From Longimicrobiales bacterium (GTDB lineage Bacteria; Gemmatimonadota; Gemmatimonadetes; Longimicrobiales; Gaopeijiaceae), in NCBI GenBank assembly GCA_963664435.2, contig CAXXKM010000001.1:1472001-1536000 (forward strand): a DNA stretch of 64,000 bases. Reading direction: 5' to 3'. A model generated the notes under the pieces. That model was not told the origin of the DNA, made no database searches, and saw nothing but the letters and a program-made list of their open reading frames with translations. Positions within the stretch are counted from its first letter, which is position 1. Each line of letters opens with the position of its first letter. Positions 60,399 to 64,000 of the stretch are shown one piece after another. A program made the translations under genes and the position numbers.

Positions 60399-61730
60399 TC
60401 ACCGCGCACCCGGGCGGTCACCCGCCAAACGGGGCATCCCCGCCGGCGCAGCCGTTGCGGCGCTTGCGGTTGCGGCCCCCGCCGTGTGCGTCCCGCTTAC
60501 CTCCACCCAGTCGAAGAGGGCGGTTCTCGCCTCGGCCCCGTCCAGGGGGAAGACCCACAGGCCGATCGCGGTCAGGCGAGTGGGATGGTCGCTGCCCAGG
60601 GTGACCGCGAAGAGCTCCGTCTCGCCGGCCCACGCACGCAGTTCGCCGTCATCCAGCGAAGCGGCGATCTCGGTAAACTCGCCGGCACCGTCCTGAATGG
60701 CATCCGAGACGCCGTAGGCGCCCTCGATGACCACCCAGCGGTTCTCCGGGGGCCAACGTGACCGGTCCAGGGTGTAGAAACGGTAGTTGGTATCGCCTCC
60801 GCCGACCGAGACGCCGGATCCGACATCGAGCGCGTACCACGCGTAACGCTCGTGCCCGGTAGCGAAGATCACCGACGCGACCACGCTGTCCGTCTGCGTG
60901 CGCCCCAGGCGGGCGCGCACCTCCCAGAAGTTGATCGGGGCCTCAAGGTTGCGATTCGCGCGGCCGGCGATGCCGCGTTCGAGATTGGTGAGCGCCAGGA
61001 CACCCTCGGACAGCACCGTGTCCGCCTGTTCGACGCCCCATGCCTCCAGGCCCGAATCGAAGTCCTCCCGGAAGCCGAGGGTCGGACCGGGGACGACCGT
61101 TACGGCAACTTCGTGCGCCGCCGTCAGGCCGCCGGGATCGGTGGCCGTCAACATCAGCGTCGTCGTGCCCGCCGCCACGCCCGCGATCGACATCGTCAGG
61201 CCGGACACCGAAGCCAGGACTACGCGCGGGTTTGAAGACGAGGCCTGGTAGCTGAGCGCGCCCCCGTCCGGGTCGTCGAAGTACGAGGAAACCTCCAGCG
61301 GGACCGTCTCGCCGGAGGCCAGGTTCACCGCCTGAATCGAGCCCGTCGCCACCGGCGGCCGGTTCGTCCGCACCGTGACGCCGGTGCTCTGGGTGGCCGC
61401 GAGCCCGCCCGGATCGCGGGCCGTCAGAGTCAGAATCGCCCTCCCCGAAGACACCGCCGTGACCGCCACCAGGGTCCCGGAAACCGCGACCCGCGCGGTC
61501 GCCGCGTCCGTCCTCGCCTCGTAGCTCAGGCTGTCTCCGTCGGGGTCGGTGAAGTAGGGGGACACCTCCACCAGCACCACCTGCCCCTCGACCAGGGTCA
61601 GGGAGGGGATGGACGCCGCGGCCACCGGCGCCCGGTTCCGGTCCGCGAGGGTGGGCCCGGTCGTGCCCGGACGACAGCCGGCGGTTCCCAGGGCCAGCAA
61701 CAGGAGCACGGGGGCGCGGGCCTTCGTCAC
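60399..61730 (-). CDS. paralogous surface lipoprotein with two cadherin-like/Ig repeats
   Basis: TAGC lipobox; two YF.DPDG..L.Y repeats; FREDF...TNYRF...GAYGVS...LFDWVEV; start uncertain. Confidence 0.8.
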   Translation of the reverse strand: MTKARAPVLLLLALGTAGCRPGTTGPTLADRNRAPVAAASIPSLTLVEGQVVLVEVSPYFTDPDGDSLSYEARTDAATARVAVSGTLVAVTAVSSGRAILTLTARDPGGLAATQSTGVTVRTNRPPVATGSIQAVNLASGETVPLEVSSYFDDPDGGALSYQASSSNPRVVLASVSGLTMSIAGVAAGTTTLMLTATDPGGLTAAHEVAVTVVPGPTLGFREDFDSGLEAWGVEQADTVLSEGVLALTNLERGIAGRANRNLEAPINFWEVRARLGRTQTDSVVASVIFATGHERYAWYALDVGSGVSVGGGDTNYRFYTLDRSRWPPENRWVVIEGAYGVSDAIQDGAGEFTEIAASLDDGELRAWAGETELFAVTLGSDHPTRLTAIGLWVFPLDGAEARTALFDWVEVSGTHTAGAATASAATAAPAGMPRLAGDRPGAR

Positions 61731-61867
61731 GACCCGTCGAAGCAGATCCCGACGAGGGCCGGGGACGCCACGGACGCCGGACGGCGCCGGCGTCAGGATC
61801 GGGCTCGTCAAGTCACGGTTCCGGGTTCCGATCTCACCCGGGAAGCGCTCGGCCTCAGGGATCTCCC

Positions 61868-62845
61868 TCACCCTCCCTGCACGTACTCCGCCACCGCCCG
61901 GTGGGTCGCGTACCAGACGTCGCCACGGGCGTTGATGTGCTCGATGAGGCCTTCCAGGATGAGGATGCGGGAGCGGTGGCCGATGTAGTGCGGGTGCATG
62001 GTGAGCACAAGCATGGTGCCCTCCTCCCAGGCGCGGTCGAACTCGTCGATGTAGACCTGGAGGACGTCGCGGGGGGCGCTGTAGCTGTTGCCCCGCGGAT
62101 TCAGGAGGGGCGCGTCGTCCAGGATCCACTCCACGGGCAGCTCGATCAGGCCGGTCGGCTCCCCGTTCGCGACGATCTCGTAGGGCCGGTCGTCGGCCAT
62201 CAACGAACTGTCGTAGAGGAAGTCCATGTCGAGGATGATGTCGAGGGTGTTGGGGCTGAAGTTCCACGACGGGGCCCGGTAGCCGACCGGACGCTCGCCG
62301 GTGACCTCGGTGTAATACGCGACCGCGCGCTCCAGCAGGGCCCGCTCCTCGTCGGCCTCAAGCAGCGAGTTGGTCTCGTGGATCCAGCCGTGAATGGCGA
62401 TTTCGTGGTGGCCGGCAGCCTGAATCGCGTCCAGCATCTCCGGGTTGAACTGCATGCTCATCGCGGGGATGAAGAAGGATGCGGGGATGTCGTGCTCGTC
62501 GAGGACCTCGAGCACCCGCGGGAGGGCGCGGCGTGCGCCGTACTCGCCCTGGGACAGGCCGCCGACGGTGGGTTGCCCGTTGCGGATGGGGATGGTTTCG
62601 TTGTCCACGTCGAAGGAGAGCAGCACCGCGGCGCGGGCACCGCCCGGCCAGCTGGCGGGCGTCAGGTCGCGTCCGGCCCTTACCGCGTTGACGGTCGCGA
62701 AGACGCGTTCGTCGCTCCATCGCCAGCCCGGCTCGTCGTCGGCCTGGGGCGACTGGGCGGCGTCCGCGGTGCCGGCGCCGGGCGCGCAGGAGGAGAGGAT
62801 GACGGCGAAGGCCGCGACGGCGAGGAGGGTCGGACGCGGGTTCAT
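61868..62845 (-). CDS. polysaccharide deacetylase (CE4, PuuE/HpPgdA-like) lipoprotein
   Basis: SFDVD, YGARRALPR, HGWIHE, GYRAPSW, YDSSLM, LTMHP..IGHRSR; start MNPRPTLL. Confidence 0.9.
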   Translation of the reverse strand: MNPRPTLLAVAAFAVILSSCAPGAGTADAAQSPQADDEPGWRWSDERVFATVNAVRAGRDLTPASWPGGARAAVLLSFDVDNETIPIRNGQPTVGGLSQGEYGARRALPRVLEVLDEHDIPASFFIPAMSMQFNPEMLDAIQAAGHHEIAIHGWIHETNSLLEADEERALLERAVAYYTEVTGERPVGYRAPSWNFSPNTLDIILDMDFLYDSSLMADDRPYEIVANGEPTGLIELPVEWILDDAPLLNPRGNSYSAPRDVLQVYIDEFDRAWEEGTMLVLTMHPHYIGHRSRILILEGLIEHINARGDVWYATHRAVAEYVQGG

Positions 62846-63086
62846 GAATGCTCCCGGGTTCGGGTTCCGGTCGGGGGGCGGAATCGCAACAATACGGATT
62901 CGGTATGGAGCGTAACAGTATGCGAGTGAGGCGTGAGCACATGAGGCGGAGGATGGCAGCCATGGAGTCCCTGCCCGAGCCACGGGCGGTGAGCACCGCG
63001 GCCGGGCGCTGCGGCCCAAGCTTCGGGATCCCGGTGGCAGGGGGAACCGCACCCGCGGACGCCGGACCCGGCATGGAAGCGGCCTC

Positions 63087-64000
63087 ATGAGCGCCGCCCG
63101 CGACCTGGCCTTTCTCCCGGCCGGCGAACTCGCCGCGCTGGTGGCGGCGCGGGAGGTGTCGGCGGAGGAGGTGACTTCGGCGGCGCTCGACCGCATTGGC
63201 CGGCACAACCCGGTGGTGAACGCGGTGGTGACCCTTTCCCCGCGCGCACTGGACGATGCGCGCGCGATCGACCGGCGGCTGGCGCGGGGAGAGGATCCCG
63301 GGCCGCTCGCCGGGGTGCCGGTCGGGATCAAGGACATGACGGCGGTGGCGGGGCTGCGCACCACGTACGGCTCTCCACTGTACGCGGACCATGTGCCCGC
63401 GGAGGACGCGCTCGTGGTGCGCCGCCTGCGGGCTGCCGGCGCGGTGGTGGTCGGCAAGACCAATACGCCGGAGTTCGCCGCGGGGGCCAACACCTTCAAC
63501 GACGTGTTCGGCGCCACCCGCAACCCGTGGGATCCGGCGCTCTCGGCCGGAGGGTCGACCGGCGGGGGGGCGGCGGGGCTCGCGACCGGCATGTTCGCGC
63601 TCGCGGAGGGGACCGACCTGGGCGGCTCGCTGCGCATCCCGGCGGCCTTCTGCGGGGTGACCGGGCTACGCCCCTCCCCCGGGCTGGTCCCCACCGAGCC
63701 CACCGACTGGGCGTGGGACACCATCATGGTCACCGGGCTGATGGCGCGCTCGGCCCACGACCTGGCGCTCGGACTGCAGGCGGTGGCCGGTCCGTCGACG
63801 GGGTCGCCCCTTCGCCAGCCGGTCGCGGGGCGGGATTTCCCGGCCGCCGCCCGGGCGGGCATGGCACAAGGCGCCCGCGTCGCATTCTGCGCGGACCTGG
63901 CGGGGATGGGGGTGGATGCGGGGGTGGAGGGGGTGTGCCGGGAGGCGGCGTTCGCACTGAGTCGAGCGGGCGCCGCGGTGGAGGAGATCGACCTGGACCT
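63087..64000 (+). CDS. amidase signature family enzyme, truncated by window edge
   Basis: GPLAGVPVGIKD, GKTNTPEF, TRNPW, GGSTGG, GTDLGGSLRIPAAFCG. Confidence 0.92.
   Translation, partial: MSAARDLAFLPAGELAALVAAREVSAEEVTSAALDRIGRHNPVVNAVVTLSPRALDDARAIDRRLARGEDPGPLAGVPVGIKDMTAVAGLRTTYGSPLYADHVPAEDALVVRRLRAAGAVVVGKTNTPEFAAGANTFNDVFGATRNPWDPALSAGGSTGGGAAGLATGMFALAEGTDLGGSLRIPAAFCGVTGLRPSPGLVPTEPTDWAWDTIMVTGLMARSAHDLALGLQAVAGPSTGSPLRQPVAGRDFPAAARAGMAQGARVAFCADLAGMGVDAGVEGVCREAAFALSRAGAAVEEIDLD

Noticed and set aside
62848..63090. Short ORF ending in an ATGA overlap with the amidase start
   Set aside because: No recognisable motif and an ambiguous start; insufficient support for a CDS.

Overview
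GC-rich bacterial chromosome window. The gene content (TonB-dependent receptors, CarboxypepD-like and 6-bladed propeller proteins, FG-GAP/ASPIC, NHL, TPR and cadherin-like Ig repeats) suggests a Gemmatimonadota-like, possibly host-associated organism; this is inference only. Main blocks: a partial quinone oxidoreductase; two tandem barrel-less CarboxypepD/plug-like paralogs; an AAA-DUF4143 ATPase; a complete moxR-DUF58-batABCDE operon; a split xdhC pair; two VapBC-type toxin-antitoxin modules; a form-II-like coxSLM-coxD...coxE molybdo-flavoenzyme cluster running into a TonB receptor/TolB-like/NHL operon; a Lol-like ABC export operon; a fused GAF-PAS-kinase-receiver-wHTH regulator divergent from a small Cys/His protein; a frameshifted methyltransferase; a solitary HsdR_N nuclease with a SeqA-like C-terminal domain; TPR/DUF4159/cytochrome c-PQQ dehydrogenase genes; an accessory islet of novel secreted proteins between HNH and integrase relics; a second TonB receptor; CobB; two Ig-repeat surface proteins; a polysaccharide deacetylase; and a partial amidase. 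No CRISPR array, rRNA or tRNA was recognised. The best candidate for an undescribed system is the HsdR_N-SeqA-like fusion, a putative modification-dependent nuclease. All family calls come from motif recognition, not database searches.
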